Source of the DNA: Bacillota bacterium
Lineage (GTDB): Bacteria > Bacillota > Clostridia > Christensenellales > CAG-138
Assembly: GCA_023416895.1 (NCBI GenBank)
Contig: JAEZGQ010000072.1
Span: forward strand, 1 to 51,207
Reading direction: 5' to 3'
Length of the DNA: 51,207 nt
The stretch's first letter is position 1. Every line of letters starts with the position of its first letter. Made by a program: the position numbers and the translations under genes. Shown piece after piece: positions 6,786 through 16,553 of this stretch. The notes beneath the pieces were generated by a model. That model was given only the letters and a program-made list of their open reading frames with translations, made no database searches and was not told where the DNA came from.

Positions 6786-8882
6786 TTAGCGCTTGTCTTC
6801 AGGCAGCAAGCCCTTTCTGGTGAGGTCGATCTTGCCCTGCGGCGTGATGCCGACGACGCGCACGAGAATTTCGTCGCCAAGGTTCACTTCGTCCTCCACG
6901 CGCTCCACAAAGTGGTTGGCAAGTGCGTTGATCCTGACAAGGCCGTCCTTGCCGGGTTTCAGTTCTACAAACGCACCAAGGCCCGGCTTGATGTTTACAA
7001 CCTTGCCGAGGAACACCTGGCCAACTTCGATGTCGCGCACGATGGCGTCAATCATCTTCTTGGCTTCGGCAGCGGCGTGCTCGTCCGGCGAGGCGATGAA
7101 TACGCGGCCGTCGTCTTCGATGTCGATCTTCACGCCGGTGTCGGCAATGATCTTGTTGATGACCTTGCCGCCCGTGCCGATGACTTCGCGGATCTTATCC
7201 GGATGGATGGTGAACTGGAGAATGCGCGGCGCATACGGCGACATTTCCTTACGCGGTTCGGGGATGACCTCGAGCATTTTGTCGAGGATGAAGAGCCTGC
7301 CCTGGCGTGCCTGTTCGAGCGCGCGGGTAAGGATCTGCTCGTCGATGCCCTTGATTTTAATGTCCATCTGGATGGCGGTAATGCCTTCGCGCGTACCGGC
7401 CACTTTGAAGTCCATATCGCCCAAGAAGTCCTCCAGGCCCTGAATGTCGGTCAGAATGGCGATGTTGCCGTTTGACTCATCCTTGATGAGACCCATGGCA
7501 ACGCCCGCAACGGGTTTCTTCAGGGGAACGCCCGCATCCATAAGCGCCATGGTGCTCGCGCAGATAGAGGCCTGCGAGGTGGAGCCATTGGAGCTGATGA
7601 CCTCGGATACGAGGCGGATGCAGTACGGGAATTCTTCCTCCGAGGGGATCATGGGCAAGAGCGCGCGTTCTGCAAGCGCGCCATGGCCGATTTCACGACG
7701 GCCGGGGCCGCGCATGGGGCGGGTTTCGCCCACGCTGTAAGGCGGCATGTTGTACTGGTGCATGTAGCGTTTGTATTCTTCCTCGCCGATTCCGTCAAGC
7801 GTCTGCCCGTCGCCCACCGTGCCGAGGGTAGCGACCGTAAGCACCTGCGTTTGGCCGCGGGTAAACACGGCGCTTCCGTGCGTGCGGCTCAAAATGCCGA
7901 CTTCGCCCCAGATAGGACGGATCTCGTCATGCTTGCGCCCGTCGGGACGGATGACGCGGTTGATGATCTTATCGCGCACGACCTCTTTGGTCATGCTGTA
8001 AAGAATGGCGTCGATGTCGGACTTGGAATTCGGATATTCTTCGGCAAAATGCTCGATGGTTTCCTTTTTGACCTTGGAGCTTCTTTCTTCGCGTTCCTTG
8101 CGGTCGAAGGTGTCAAGCGACCACTCCACCTTTTCGGCGGCGAACTCGCGCACCTTCTGCAAGAAGGTTTCCTCGGGCTTGTACGGCGTGAACACGATTT
8201 TTTCGCTGCCCACTTCTGCGGCGATGCCCTTAATGAATTCCACGATCTTTTTAATTTCCTCGTGCGCCTTCAAAATGGCGCCGAGCATTTCTGCCTCGGT
8301 CAGCTCGTTCGCGCCAGCCTCGACCATCATCACCGCTTCACTCGTGCCGGCAACCGTAAGGTGCAGCCTGCTCTTTTCGCGTGCGGCACAATCGGGGTTC
8401 ACCACATATTCGCCGTCCACAAAGCCTACGCTTACAGCGCCGATGGGGCCCGCAAACGGAGCGTTGCTGATGGCGAGCGCGGCAGAAGCGCCGATCATGG
8501 CCAGCACATCGGGCTGAATGTCCTGTTCAACGGAAAGCACCGTGGCAACAACCTGAATGTCATTATAGAAGCCCTTGGGGAACAGAGGCCGCAAGGGGCG
8601 GTCGATCAAACGGGAGGTAAGGATGGCGCGTTCGGTGGGCCTGCCCTCGCGCTTGATAAAGCCGCCGGGGATTTTGCCGACCGAATACATTTTTTCTTCG
8701 TATTCCACGCTCAGGGGAAGGAAGTCTACGCCGTCGCGCGGGTTTGCCGCAACCGTTGCGCAAACAAGCACCGCGGTATCGCCGCAGCGCACGAGGCACG
8801 AGCCGCCCGCCTGCTCGGCGTACTTGCCCGTTTCGACGGTCAGCGTCCTGCCCGCCAACTGTGTGGTGAATGTTCTCTGCAT
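6786..8882 (-). CDS. pnp: Polynucleotide phosphorylase
   Basis: The protein shows two RNase PH-like halves followed by KH and S1 regions ([25 protein letters not shown]; [21 protein letters not shown]). The start was trimmed to ATG 8882 (MQRTFTT..., GAGGAG SD 9 nt upstream); the track start is 8948. Confidence 0.95.
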   Translation of the reverse strand: MQRTFTTQLAGRTLTVETGKYAEQAGGSCLVRCGDTAVLVCATVAANPRDGVDFLPLSVEYEEKMYSVGKIPGGFIKREGRPTERAILTSRLIDRPLRPLFPKGFYNDIQVVATVLSVEQDIQPDVLAMIGASAALAISNAPFAGPIGAVSVGFVDGEYVVNPDCAAREKSRLHLTVAGTSEAVMMVEAGANELTEAEMLGAILKAHEEIKKIVEFIKGIAAEVGSEKIVFTPYKPEETFLQKVREFAAEKVEWSLDTFDRKEREERSSKVKKETIEHFAEEYPNSKSDIDAILYSMTKEVVRDKIINRVIRPDGRKHDEIRPIWGEVGILSRTHGSAVFTRGQTQVLTVATLGTVGDGQTLDGIGEEEYKRYMHQYNMPPYSVGETRPMRGPGRREIGHGALAERALLPMIPSEEEFPYCIRLVSEVISSNGSTSQASICASTMALMDAGVPLKKPVAGVAMGLIKDESNGNIAILTDIQGLEDFLGDMDFKVAGTREGITAIQMDIKIKGIDEQILTRALEQARQGRLFILDKMLEVIPEPRKEMSPYAPRILQFTIHPDKIREVIGTGGKVINKIIADTGVKIDIEDDGRVFIASPDEHAAAEAKKMIDAIVRDIEVGQVFLGKVVNIKPGLGAFVELKPGKDGLVRINALANHFVERVEDEVNLGDEILVRVVGITPQGKIDLTRKGLLPEDKR

Positions 8883-8915
8883 GTCTTCATGCTCCTCTTC
8901 TATTATATTCATGTT

Positions 8916-8945
8916 ATTATAACCAAAATTTGCACTTTGCCGCAA
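8916..8945 (-). promoter_or_regulatory. Candidate sigma-A promoter for pnp
   Basis: On the minus strand, -35 TTGCGG (8940..8945) and -10 TATAAT (8916..8921) are separated by an 18-nt spacer. The leader is short and runs to GAGGAG/ATG 8882. Confidence 0.4.
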
Positions 8946-9056
8946 CACAAACGCGCATATACAGACGAAAAAAGTCTTCGATGCACCATAAAGGCACTTC
9001 GTATGCCTCCTTCATCCACAAATGCGCGGCGGCCGCCCTTAAATTTAGGCGTTTAC

Positions 9057-9086
9057 AGCAAAAAGAGCGGGAATGCTTCCCGCTCT
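9057..9086 (-). terminator. Intrinsic terminator after rpsO
   Basis: The minus strand reads AGAGCGGGAA-GCA-TTCCCGCTCT, followed by TTTTTGCTG. It lies 11 nt after the rpsO stop. Confidence 0.7.
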
Positions 9087-9096
9087 TGATGGCTTG

Positions 9097-9357
9097 TTAT
9101 TTCCTGAGTTCAAGGCTGCTTATAATTGTACGGTAACGCTCGATATCCTTTTCCTTCAGGTAGTCGAGCAGACCCCTGCGCTGACCTACCATTTTGAGCA
9201 AGCCGCGGCGGGAGTGGTGATCCTTCTTGTTGATCTTGAGGTGCTCGTTGAGGTGGTTGATGCGCGCGGTCAAAAGCGCGATCTGCACTTCCGGAGAACC
9301 GGTATCGCCCTCATGAAGTTTGTACTTTTCGATGATTTCCTGCTTGTTGATATCCAT
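9097..9357 (-). CDS. rpsO: 30S ribosomal protein S15
   Basis: The 86-aa protein contains [51 protein letters not shown], the S15 signature. Its position upstream of pnp fits. Confidence 0.95.
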   Translation of the reverse strand: MDINKQEIIEKYKLHEGDTGSPEVQIALLTARINHLNEHLKINKKDHHSRRGLLKMVGQRRGLLDYLKEKDIERYRTIISSLELRK

Positions 9358-9443
9358 GTTTCTTCTCCTTTTTTATGATCCCCGTGCGCCGAGCAATGCG
9401 TTGGAGCTTCGCAAAACACAGCTGCCGGTTATGGAACCTTGAT

Positions 9444-9472
9444 ATTATAGCATGGCGGAAAAGCCTTGTAAA
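9444..9472 (-). promoter_or_regulatory. Candidate sigma-A promoter for rpsO, with an extended -10
   Basis: On the minus strand, -35 TTTACA (9467..9472) and TGcTATAAT (-10 at 9444..9449) are separated by a 17-nt spacer. An ~80-nt leader precedes AAGGAGAAG/ATG 9357. Confidence 0.6.
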
Positions 9473-9692
9473 GCTTCGCTTTCGCTGAAATGTCACCCTG
9501 CCATTTCAGCGAGTTTTGCGCATCCGCCTCTCGCGCTGAAGGCGCTCTCGGGCGGCGGATGCGTAAGGAAAGAAATTCTATCGAATTTCATCCGTTTCGG
9601 CGTACATGCCGCCGAAGCCGGAACAAAACCTTACGTCTTCTCGCTTTTTATGGCACTATCGTTTGTGTGAAAGGGTTTTCGTATGCGTTTTT

Positions 9693-10616
9693 CTACAACA
9701 CACGCTTTGCGTTTTCCACATCGAGTGCAATCTGCGCGGCAAGCTCTTCAACACTTTCAAAGTAAAGTTCGCCCCGAAGCCTTTCGACAAACGCGACCGT
9801 GAGCTGCTTGCCGTAAATATCGCATGAAAAATCCATGATATAGGTTTCTACGCTCAGGCTTTTTCCGCCGACTGTGGGGTTCATTCCAACGCTCGTCACG
9901 GCATTGTAGGTTTTATCGTCCACCGTTGCGCGCGTGGCGTAAACGCCGATTTGCGGCAAAACCATTTCCTCCAAGCCGCCCAAGTTTGCCGTGGGGAAGC
10001 CTATGCCGCTGCCGATGTGGCGGTTTCTTACCACACAACCGGTAAGCGCGTACTCTCGCTCAAGCATGGCGTTTGCGGTTGTGATTTCCCCGCGTTCGAT
10101 GAGCGTGCGGATGCGCGTGCTCGAAACCGGCTCGCCCTCGTAAAGGTGCGGCGGCAGTTCGCGCACCGAAAAGCCCATTTTTTTACCGAGTTCGCGCAAA
10201 AGCTCCGTGTCGCCCGCGCCGTTTTTCCCGAACGAATAATTGAAGCCGGCTACCGCATAGGCCATAGAAAACCGCTCCTGAAGCGTTTTTGCAAACACTT
10301 CCGGCTCCGTCGCGGCAAGCTCCAAGGTAAAATCGTCCGCCGCCACGCAATCCGCCCCGAAGGAGCGCAAAAGCCGCACGCGCTCGTCAAGCCCGCTCAG
10401 AAGCTTTGGGGCTTTGCCAAACACGCTAAGCGGATGGTTTTGAAACGTATACACGATTAGGCGAAACCCGTTTTCCTTTGCGATGGACGCGGCCTCGTTC
10501 AAAAGCCGCCTATGTCCGGCGTGCACGCCATCAAACATGCCGAGCGCCACCACGCTTTTTTCGCGTTTTGTTTCGCATGGCTCAAAAGGCCGTTTCTCAT
10601 TTGCCATCGGGCTCAT
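9693..10616 (-). CDS. ribF: Bifunctional riboflavin kinase / FMN adenylyltransferase
   Basis: GMFDGVHAGH marks the nucleotidyltransferase part and a riboflavin kinase C-terminus follows (GFPTANL...GVYA...MNPT). It lies downstream of truB. ATG 10607 is an alternative start. Confidence 0.9.
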   Translation of the reverse strand: MSPMANEKRPFEPCETKREKSVVALGMFDGVHAGHRRLLNEAASIAKENGFRLIVYTFQNHPLSVFGKAPKLLSGLDERVRLLRSFGADCVAADDFTLELAATEPEVFAKTLQERFSMAYAVAGFNYSFGKNGAGDTELLRELGKKMGFSVRELPPHLYEGEPVSSTRIRTLIERGEITTANAMLEREYALTGCVVRNRHIGSGIGFPTANLGGLEEMVLPQIGVYATRATVDDKTYNAVTSVGMNPTVGGKSLSVETYIMDFSCDIYGKQLTVAFVERLRGELYFESVEELAAQIALDVENAKRVL

Positions 10617-11499
10617 CCCCCGTAAAAAACACAGAAATATGGAAACCCGCTTCCTCGCGCTTCCCTAAGCCCAAAAAACTTCCGTCGAGGTAGGTTTTTA
10701 CAAGCTCCCCTTGCGAAAACTCCCTGCCGCACGCAATGGAAGCGCCGTTGAGAAGAAGCCGTTTTTCCCGCGCGCCAAGCTCGGTGAGAAAGAGCGACGG
10801 AAAGTCGCCGAGCGCTGTGTCGGGCGGCGTTACGGCGGTTGCTAGCGCATTCTCCTCTTTCAAGGCACGAAGCTCCTCAATGGTAAACGCGTTGTCGAGC
10901 GTAAATACACCCGAGCGCGTTCTTAAAAGAAACGAAAGATGCGCACAGGCGCCAAGCGCCCTTCCGATGTCGCTACATAAAGCACGCACATAGGTGCCGC
11001 GGGAACAGCCCACTCGCAAAAGAAAGCTATCCTCCCCTGTCTGCGCCAAAAGCTCCAATGCGTGTACCGTAATGGCGCGCTCTTTTTGCTCCACAGCCTC
11101 GCCCGCGCGCGCAAGCTTATACATGGGCGTGCCGTTCACGCGCACCGCCGCATAGAGCGGCACCGTTTGCAGCTGCTCTCCGGTAAAGCCTATAAGCATT
11201 TCGCGAAGCGCCTCTTCTTTTACGCGCACGTCCGAATGGCGCACGACTGCCCCGTAGGAGTCCTGCGTGTCCGTTTCCGCACCGAAGCTGATCTCGGCGT
11301 AATATTCCTTTTGTTTATCGGTCAAATAATCGAAAAGCCTTGTGGCGCGCCCCAAGCAAACGGGCAACACGCCCGCAGCGCCGGGGTCGAGCGTACCGGT
11401 ATGCCCAACGCGCTTCATCGAAAAGATGCGCCGCACATCCGTTACAACATCGCTCGAGGTCATGCCCGGGGGCTTCAATACATTTACGACACCCTCCAA
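10597..11499 (-). CDS. truB: tRNA pseudouridine(55) synthase
   Basis: GMTSSDVV...VGHTGTLDPGAAGVL carries the catalytic Asp motif. It is 300 aa and lies in the rbfA-truB-ribF synteny. Confidence 0.9.
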   Translation of the reverse strand: MEGVVNVLKPPGMTSSDVVTDVRRIFSMKRVGHTGTLDPGAAGVLPVCLGRATRLFDYLTDKQKEYYAEISFGAETDTQDSYGAVVRHSDVRVKEEALREMLIGFTGEQLQTVPLYAAVRVNGTPMYKLARAGEAVEQKERAITVHALELLAQTGEDSFLLRVGCSRGTYVRALCSDIGRALGACAHLSFLLRTRSGVFTLDNAFTIEELRALKEENALATAVTPPDTALGDFPSLFLTELGAREKRLLLNGASIACGREFSQGELVKTYLDGSFLGLGKREEAGFHISVFFTGDEPDGK

Positions 11500-12470
11500 G
11501 ACTCATCCTCCAATGCCAATGAAGCAAACCTTACCGCCTCCGAATACACCTCGTCGTAGGTGCCGCTTACGGTATAGCCAGCAGCGAACGCATGGCCTCC
11601 ACCGCCTTTGAGGCGCGCGATTTTGCTCACGTCCACATACCGCTTGGAACGAAGGCTCGCCTTAAACACGTTGTGCTGCACCTCGCGCAGCATCACGGCG
11701 ACCTCCACGCTTTCTACGTCGCGCACATAGTCGATCGCGCCTTCGCTGTCTTCCTCGGTGGCGTTGATGGCGCGCATCTCTTCAAGCGTTACCGCGGTAA
11801 TGCCGAGCTTGCCGTTGCACAGTAGCTCCATGTTGGTGATTGCCCTGCCCAAAAGCTTGATTTTATGGTAGGGAACCGTGCGGTAAACAAGGCGGTTGAT
11901 CTCGTAGGTATCGATCCCGCTTTCGATGATGTCGGCGGCAATTCGCATGGTTTGCGGTGTGGTGTTGCTGTACGCAAAGCTTCCCGTGTCCGTAAGAAGC
12001 GCCGTATAGAGGCACACGGAAATTGGCTCCGTAAGCTTCGGCAAAAGCAGCAGCGCAAGCTTGTAGATGATTTCACCTGCGGCGGCGGCGCTGCCGTCCA
12101 CCACGTTAAGGCGCGCATAAGCGCTGTTTGTTACATGATGGTCGATGTTGAGTGTATCGGCAGCGGCGTCAAAAAACGCGGCACTCGCGCCCATGCGAAG
12201 CGCATCCGCACAATCCACACTGATGGCGTAAGGCAACTTTCGTGCCGTCTCCGGCGCGAGAATTTCGTTTGCGTACGGCAAAAAAGCGTAGTTGGGCGGT
12301 ATGCGGTTGTCGCATACCACTTGCGCTTCTTTTTTCAGCTCCTTCAGAATGCCGTAGAGCGCCAGCGAGGAGCCAAGCGTATCGCCATCGGGCGAAATAT
12401 GGGCGATTAGCGTAAAGCCGTCGTTTTTGCGGATAAATTCCGCCGCCTGTTCAATGAGATTCCCCGCCAT
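11484..12470 (-). CDS. nrnA: DHH/DHHA1 phosphoesterase (NrnA-like oligoribonuclease / pAp phosphatase)
   Basis: It has HISPDGDTLGS, NIDHHVTN and a C-terminal GGGHAFAAG (DHHA1). The start was trimmed to ATG 12470 (MAGNLIEQAAEFI). The track N-terminal extension to 12638 overlaps rbfA and looks non-coding. Confidence 0.75.
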   Translation of the reverse strand: MAGNLIEQAAEFIRKNDGFTLIAHISPDGDTLGSSLALYGILKELKKEAQVVCDNRIPPNYAFLPYANEILAPETARKLPYAISVDCADALRMGASAAFFDAAADTLNIDHHVTNSAYARLNVVDGSAAAAGEIIYKLALLLLPKLTEPISVCLYTALLTDTGSFAYSNTTPQTMRIAADIIESGIDTYEINRLVYRTVPYHKIKLLGRAITNMELLCNGKLGITAVTLEEMRAINATEEDSEGAIDYVRDVESVEVAVMLREVQHNVFKASLRSKRYVDVSKIARLKGGGGHAFAAGYTVSGTYDEVYSEAVRFASLALEDESWRVS

Positions 12471-12828
12471 CCGTTCCCCCGTTTTCGGGATTGTGCAGTC
12501 CCGCGATGATCTTTGAAATATGCACGCTGTATTCAATGGAGCTGTCGAGCACGAATTTGAGCTGCGGCAGGCGGCGTATCTGCATACGCCGGCCGATTTC
12601 CCGCGCAATAAAGCCGTTTGCGTTGTTGAGCGCCGCAACGGCTTCCGTGCGCGCTTGCTCGCTTGTGTCGTATACGCTCACCATCACCTTGGCCCACTTG
12701 AGGTCGTTTGTGACCTCCACGTTCATGATGGTGACCATGTCCGTAACGCGTGGGTCGCGAAGATCGCGGACGATTTCGCTGATGGTTTTCTTGAGCTCTT
12801 CGTTGAGCCTTTCATACCTGACTGACAT
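12451..12828 (-). CDS. rbfA: Ribosome-binding factor A
   Basis: MSVRYERLNEELKKTISEIVRDLRDPRV...VTNDLKWAKVMVS...LPQLKFVLD is the RbfA pattern. It lies downstream of infB. The start was trimmed to ATG 12828. Confidence 0.85.
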   Translation of the reverse strand: MSVRYERLNEELKKTISEIVRDLRDPRVTDMVTIMNVEVTNDLKWAKVMVSVYDTSEQARTEAVAALNNANGFIAREIGRRMQIRRLPQLKFVLDSSIEYSVHISKIIAGLHNPENGGTDGGESH

Positions 12829-12913
12829 AGTGTTTCCTTCCCGGGGCGCTCTTAGGGCGGGCTTTTGACCCGCCACAAGCCGAGCTTCTGGCTCATGTGA
12901 AAGCTTGAAACGC

Positions 12914-15900
12914 TTAGCGCTTGACCTCTTCCATCATGAACGCCTCGATGACGTCGCCTTCCTTGATATCATTGTAACCGTCAAGCCCGATGCCGCATTC
13001 GTAGTTTGTAGCTACTTCGCGCACGTCGTCTTTAAAGCGCTTGAGAGAGCCGATCTTGCCCTCGAACACCACGACGCCGTCGCGTACCACGCGCACCTGA
13101 GCGCTTCTTGTAATTTTGCCGTCCTGCACATAGCAGCCCGCGATGGTGCCTACGCCGCTGACCTTGAAGGTGTTTCGCACCGAAGCGCGGCCAAGCTCCA
13201 CTTCCTTGAACACGGGCTTGAACATACCTTTCATGGCGCGTTCCACATCCTCCGTGGCCTTGTAGATGATGTCGTAGAAGCGCACATCCACCTTTTCACG
13301 CTCCATCGTGGCGCGCGCCTGCGCATCCGGCCGTACGTTGAAGCCGATGATGATGGCGTTTGACGCAGAGGCAAACATGATGTCAGAACCTGTGATGGCG
13401 CCCACGCCGCTGTGGATGCAGCGCACGCGAACCTCGGCGTTACTGAGCTTTTCGAGCGCAGCCTTCACCGCCTCGGCACTGCCCTGCACGTCGGCCTTTA
13501 CGATGATGTTGAGATCTTTGACCTGACCTTCCTCGATCTGGCTGAACAGATCGTCCAGCGTAACCTTGGAAAGGTTTTTGAGCTGCTCGGTCTTTTGCTT
13601 CACGCGGCGCTCCTCGGCGACGTTGCGCGAGAGCTTGTCGATCTCAGAAACATTCATGATATCGCCCGCCGCAGGCACCTCGGAGAAGCCAAGGACTTCC
13701 ACAGGCTGGCTCGGCCCGGCCTCGGTAACACGCCTGCCCTTGTCGTCCATCATGGCGCGCACGCGGCCGTAGGCCGTGCCCGCAACGATGGGATCGCCGA
13801 TCTTGAGCGTGCCGTTTTGCACGAGCACCGTGGCCACAGGGCCGCGGCCCTTGTCGAGTTCGGCCTCGATGATGGTGCCGCGCGCGATGCGGTTGGGGTT
13901 TGCCTTGAGCTCCTGCACGTCGGCAAGGAGAAGCACCATTTCAAGCAGCGTATCGAGGTTTTGACCGGTCTTTGCAGAAACGGGTACGCAGATGGTCTGA
14001 CCGCCCCATTCCTCGGCAACGAGGCCGTGCTCGGTGAGCTGCTGTTTTACGCGTTCGGGGTCCGCCCCGGGGCGATCGATCTTGTTGATGGCGACCACGA
14101 TGGGCACTTCCGCCGCCTTGGCGTGGTTGATTGCCTCCACCGTTTGCGGCTTAATGCCGTCGTCCGCCGCTACAACGAGGATGACGATGTCCGTCACCTG
14201 CGCACCGCGGGCACGCATGGCGGTAAACGCCTCGTGACCCGGGGTGTCGATGAAGGTAATCTGGCGGCCGTTGCGTGTAACGGTATACGCGCCGATGTGC
14301 TGCGTGATGCCGCCCGCCTCGCCTTCGGCGACGACGGTATGGCGTATGGCATCGAGGAGTGAGGTCTTGCCGTGGTCGACGTGACCCATGATGGTGACGA
14401 CCGGCGGGCGTACGACGAGGTTTTCTTTTTCGTCGACTTCGTCGCTGCTCTCCTGCAAAACGTCTTCGAAGGTTTTTGTGAGCTGGTATTCGATTTCAAT
14501 GTTATAGTCCGCCGCCACAAGCGCGCAGGTATCGTAATCGAGCTCTTGGTTGATGGTCGCCATGATGCCCATCTTGAAGAGCTTTTTGATGATTTCCGCC
14601 GCGGGCTTGCCGATCTTTTCGGACAAATCTTTTACGGTAATTGTTTCCGTCGTCATGACCGCCTTTTCGATGACCACCGGTTCGGGCCGCTTTACGGGGG
14701 CCTGCGGCTTGCGCTTGCCGCCCCTGCGGGTGCCACCCACCTGTACGTCGTCGTCCCAGATGGCCGCCTTCACGGGAACGGCCGGAGCCGCTTCCTTGAG
14801 GATGGTCTTTTTATTTTTTATTCTGCGATCCTCCTCGCGGGTGCGCACATAGGTACTCTTCGCGGGATCGTAGTTGCTAACGCGTTCCTTGGCCTGCGCA
14901 GGCGCAATGGCAATGGGTGAGCCGCCGCGTGCGCCGCCGCCGGTGCGGTTTTGCCCGTACGGTGGCCGCGCGCCCTGCGGACGAGCACGATCGAAGCCGG
15001 GCCTTGCATCCTTATCTTTGTCCTTATCGAAGCCGCCCCCGCCAAAGCCGCCCTGACGCGGCTGGTAGCCCTGTCCCTGCGGGCGCTGCTGATAGCCGCC
15101 CTGACGCGGCTGATAACCGCCTTGTTGGCCGCCTTGATAGCCCTGACCCTGCGGACGCTGCTGGTAGCCGCCCTGTTGGCCGTACTGACCCTGCGGGCGC
15201 TGCTGATAGCCGCCTTGTTGGCCGCCTTGGTTATACTGGCCTTGCGGACGCTGCTGGTAGCCGCCTTGTTGGCCGCCTTGGTTGTACTGTCCCTGCGGGC
15301 GCTGCTGATAACCACCCTGTTGGCCACCTTGGTTAAACTGGCCTTGCGGGCGCTGCTGATAGCCGCCCTGTTGCCCTTGGGCAGCAGGCTCGATGCGGTG
15401 CGCCTGATAGCCGCCGGAGGCGGGCTTTTCTGTTTTTTCCTCGCGCACAGCAGGCTGCACATCCACCTCTGCTGCCTTTTGCGGCTGCGAAGGCTCCGCC
15501 GTAGCTTGGGGCTTAGGCGACTCCTCCTTTTGCTTTTCGGCAGCGGGCGCCTCTTTGGGCTTTTCCTGCACGACAGGCTGAACGGGCTCGCTCTTTTGCG
15601 GCTCGCTCTTTTGCGCTTCGCTCTTTTGGCGCGCAACGCTCTTTTCGGCCTCAGGCTCGCTCTTTTTCGCAGCGGGCTTTTCCTCGGTTTTTTGCGGTGC
15701 CTCGTCGTGATTGGGCCCGACGTGGAACGCGAGGTCTCCCTCGGAGGAAAGAAGCTCCATCAAGCGCTCTTTCCTTTCGCGCTCGATGCGCTCCTTGCGC
15801 TCGCCTTCCTCCTTTTCCTTGAGCTTGCCCTCGGCGCGGCGCACGTTTTGAAGCGCATCCGAAACCTCGCCCTGCGTTTTCTTTATACGCTCAAAAAGCT

Positions 15901-15955
15901 CAGCGGCCTGCGCCTCAAGCTCCTTTGCGAAATCGTTGACTTTAACCTTTGCCAT
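12914..15955 (-). CDS. infB: Translation initiation factor IF-2 with a long low-complexity N-terminal extension
   Basis: The GTPase G1 motif [12 protein letters not shown] is present, together with DTPGHEAF and NKID. The protein is 1013 aa and lies in the nusA-ylxR-ylxQ-infB-rbfA synteny. Confidence 0.95.
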   Translation of the reverse strand: MAKVKVNDFAKELEAQAAELFERIKKTQGEVSDALQNVRRAEGKLKEKEEGERKERIERERKERLMELLSSEGDLAFHVGPNHDEAPQKTEEKPAAKKSEPEAEKSVARQKSEAQKSEPQKSEPVQPVVQEKPKEAPAAEKQKEESPKPQATAEPSQPQKAAEVDVQPAVREEKTEKPASGGYQAHRIEPAAQGQQGGYQQRPQGQFNQGGQQGGYQQRPQGQYNQGGQQGGYQQRPQGQYNQGGQQGGYQQRPQGQYGQQGGYQQRPQGQGYQGGQQGGYQPRQGGYQQRPQGQGYQPRQGGFGGGGFDKDKDKDARPGFDRARPQGARPPYGQNRTGGGARGGSPIAIAPAQAKERVSNYDPAKSTYVRTREEDRRIKNKKTILKEAAPAVPVKAAIWDDDVQVGGTRRGGKRKPQAPVKRPEPVVIEKAVMTTETITVKDLSEKIGKPAAEIIKKLFKMGIMATINQELDYDTCALVAADYNIEIEYQLTKTFEDVLQESSDEVDEKENLVVRPPVVTIMGHVDHGKTSLLDAIRHTVVAEGEAGGITQHIGAYTVTRNGRQITFIDTPGHEAFTAMRARGAQVTDIVILVVAADDGIKPQTVEAINHAKAAEVPIVVAINKIDRPGADPERVKQQLTEHGLVAEEWGGQTICVPVSAKTGQNLDTLLEMVLLLADVQELKANPNRIARGTIIEAELDKGRGPVATVLVQNGTLKIGDPIVAGTAYGRVRAMMDDKGRRVTEAGPSQPVEVLGFSEVPAAGDIMNVSEIDKLSRNVAEERRVKQKTEQLKNLSKVTLDDLFSQIEEGQVKDLNIIVKADVQGSAEAVKAALEKLSNAEVRVRCIHSGVGAITGSDIMFASASNAIIIGFNVRPDAQARATMEREKVDVRFYDIIYKATEDVERAMKGMFKPVFKEVELGRASVRNTFKVSGVGTIAGCYVQDGKITRSAQVRVVRDGVVVFEGKIGSLKRFKDDVREVATNYECGIGLDGYNDIKEGDVIEAFMMEEVKR
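15038..15415 (-). repeat. In-frame tandem repeat encoding the Q/G/Y/R-rich region of IF-2 (aa ~181-306)
   Basis: Protein units of the type [17 protein letters not shown] recur about 5-6 times, plus degenerate copies. The 51-nt DNA units (for example 15198..15248, 15249..15299 and 15300..15350) differ mostly at synonymous positions. Confidence 0.9.
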
Positions 15956-16255
15956 TCAATCATTACCCCCGTGCATATTCGCGTAAGCATCTCCGACCAT
16001 TCGTGCAAAAGAAGCATCCGTCACCGCCGCAATCATGCGGCCCGGCTTGCCGACCGCTTCTCCCATGCTCTCCATGAGCACACACGGAATGCCGGCTCTT
16101 TCGCAAAGCCCTTGATATCTTTCCTTCGTGTTTGCGGATGCGCTTTCATCCAACACCACAAGTTTCGCCTTTCCCTTCTTTACGGCGTTTTCGCAGGCGA
16201 AGTCGCCTGCCAAAAGGTTACCGGAACGCATGGAAAACCCCAGCGCACTGCGCAT
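15956..16255 (-). CDS. ylxQ: L7Ae-family RNA-binding protein (YlxQ-like)
   Basis: MRSALGFSMRSGNLLAGDFACENAVKKGKAKLVVLDESASANTKERY...GIPCV fits the YlxQ/L7Ae fold pattern. It lies between ylxR and infB. The start was trimmed to ATG 16255 from the track start 16456. Confidence 0.7.
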   Translation of the reverse strand: MRSALGFSMRSGNLLAGDFACENAVKKGKAKLVVLDESASANTKERYQGLCERAGIPCVLMESMGEAVGKPGRMIAAVTDASFARMVGDAYANMHGGND

Positions 16256-16259
16256 TTTT

Positions 16260-16532
16260 TCATCCGTCCGCAAGCGCGACCTCCTCTTTGAGGCGTTCAA
16301 ACACCGTGGCGTCCACCGGGTGTTCGAGCGCGCGCTCAAGCGCTCGGATTTTCTTTGCCTTTTCCAGGCACTCGGTATTTTTACAGATGTATGCGCCCCT
16401 GCCCGGCGCGCGGCCAGTTTTATCGGCCTTAACTTCGCCCTCGGGCGTACGCACAATCCGCAGCAGTTCTTTTTTCGGAAGCATTTGCCTGCAACCGACG
16501 CACATGCGCAGCGGAACCTTTTTTTGTGTCAT
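16260..16532 (-). CDS. rnpM: YlxR/RnpM (DUF448) RNA-binding protein
   Basis: PLRMCVGCRQMLPKKELLRIV......GRGAYIC is the DUF448 signature. It lies directly downstream of nusA. ATG 16532 has a GAGGAAG SD. Confidence 0.8.
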   Translation of the reverse strand: MTQKKVPLRMCVGCRQMLPKKELLRIVRTPEGEVKADKTGRAPGRGAYICKNTECLEKAKKIRALERALEHPVDATVFERLKEEVALADG

Positions 16533-16553
16533 TGGCACTTCCTCAAATCTGCT

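Noticed and set aside
9311-9496. Small ORFs in the ribF-rpsO spacer: the track ORF 9311..9496 (minus strand) and an ATG-initiated 32-codon ORF starting near 9588.
   Set aside because: Neither has an SD. The first overlaps the rpsO promoter and the rpsO start. Both run through the hairpins, and their products look like translated palindromes.
11484-12638. N-terminal extensions in the ORF track, for example nrnA to 12638, cdsA to 26987, ylxQ to 16456, trxA to 39271, relA to 49022, pnp to 8948 and dxr to 26013.
   Set aside because: The extensions overlap upstream genes or leaders, are R/S/C-rich and unlike the families. An internal ATG, GTG or TTG with a proper SD matches the canonical N-terminus in each case.
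15038-15415. Whether the direct repeats could be a CRISPR array or a mobile-element remnant.
   Set aside because: The units are contiguous with no spacers, are in frame and lie inside infB. No cas genes, transposases, integrases or terminal inverted repeats were seen anywhere in the window.
14818-15636. A 272-aa R/K/S/A-rich ORF on the minus strand inside infB, in an alternative frame.
   Set aside because: It is an out-of-frame reading of the repetitive, stop-poor IF-2 N-terminal region. It has no SD, and the infB frame is unambiguous (it continues into the GTPase domain).
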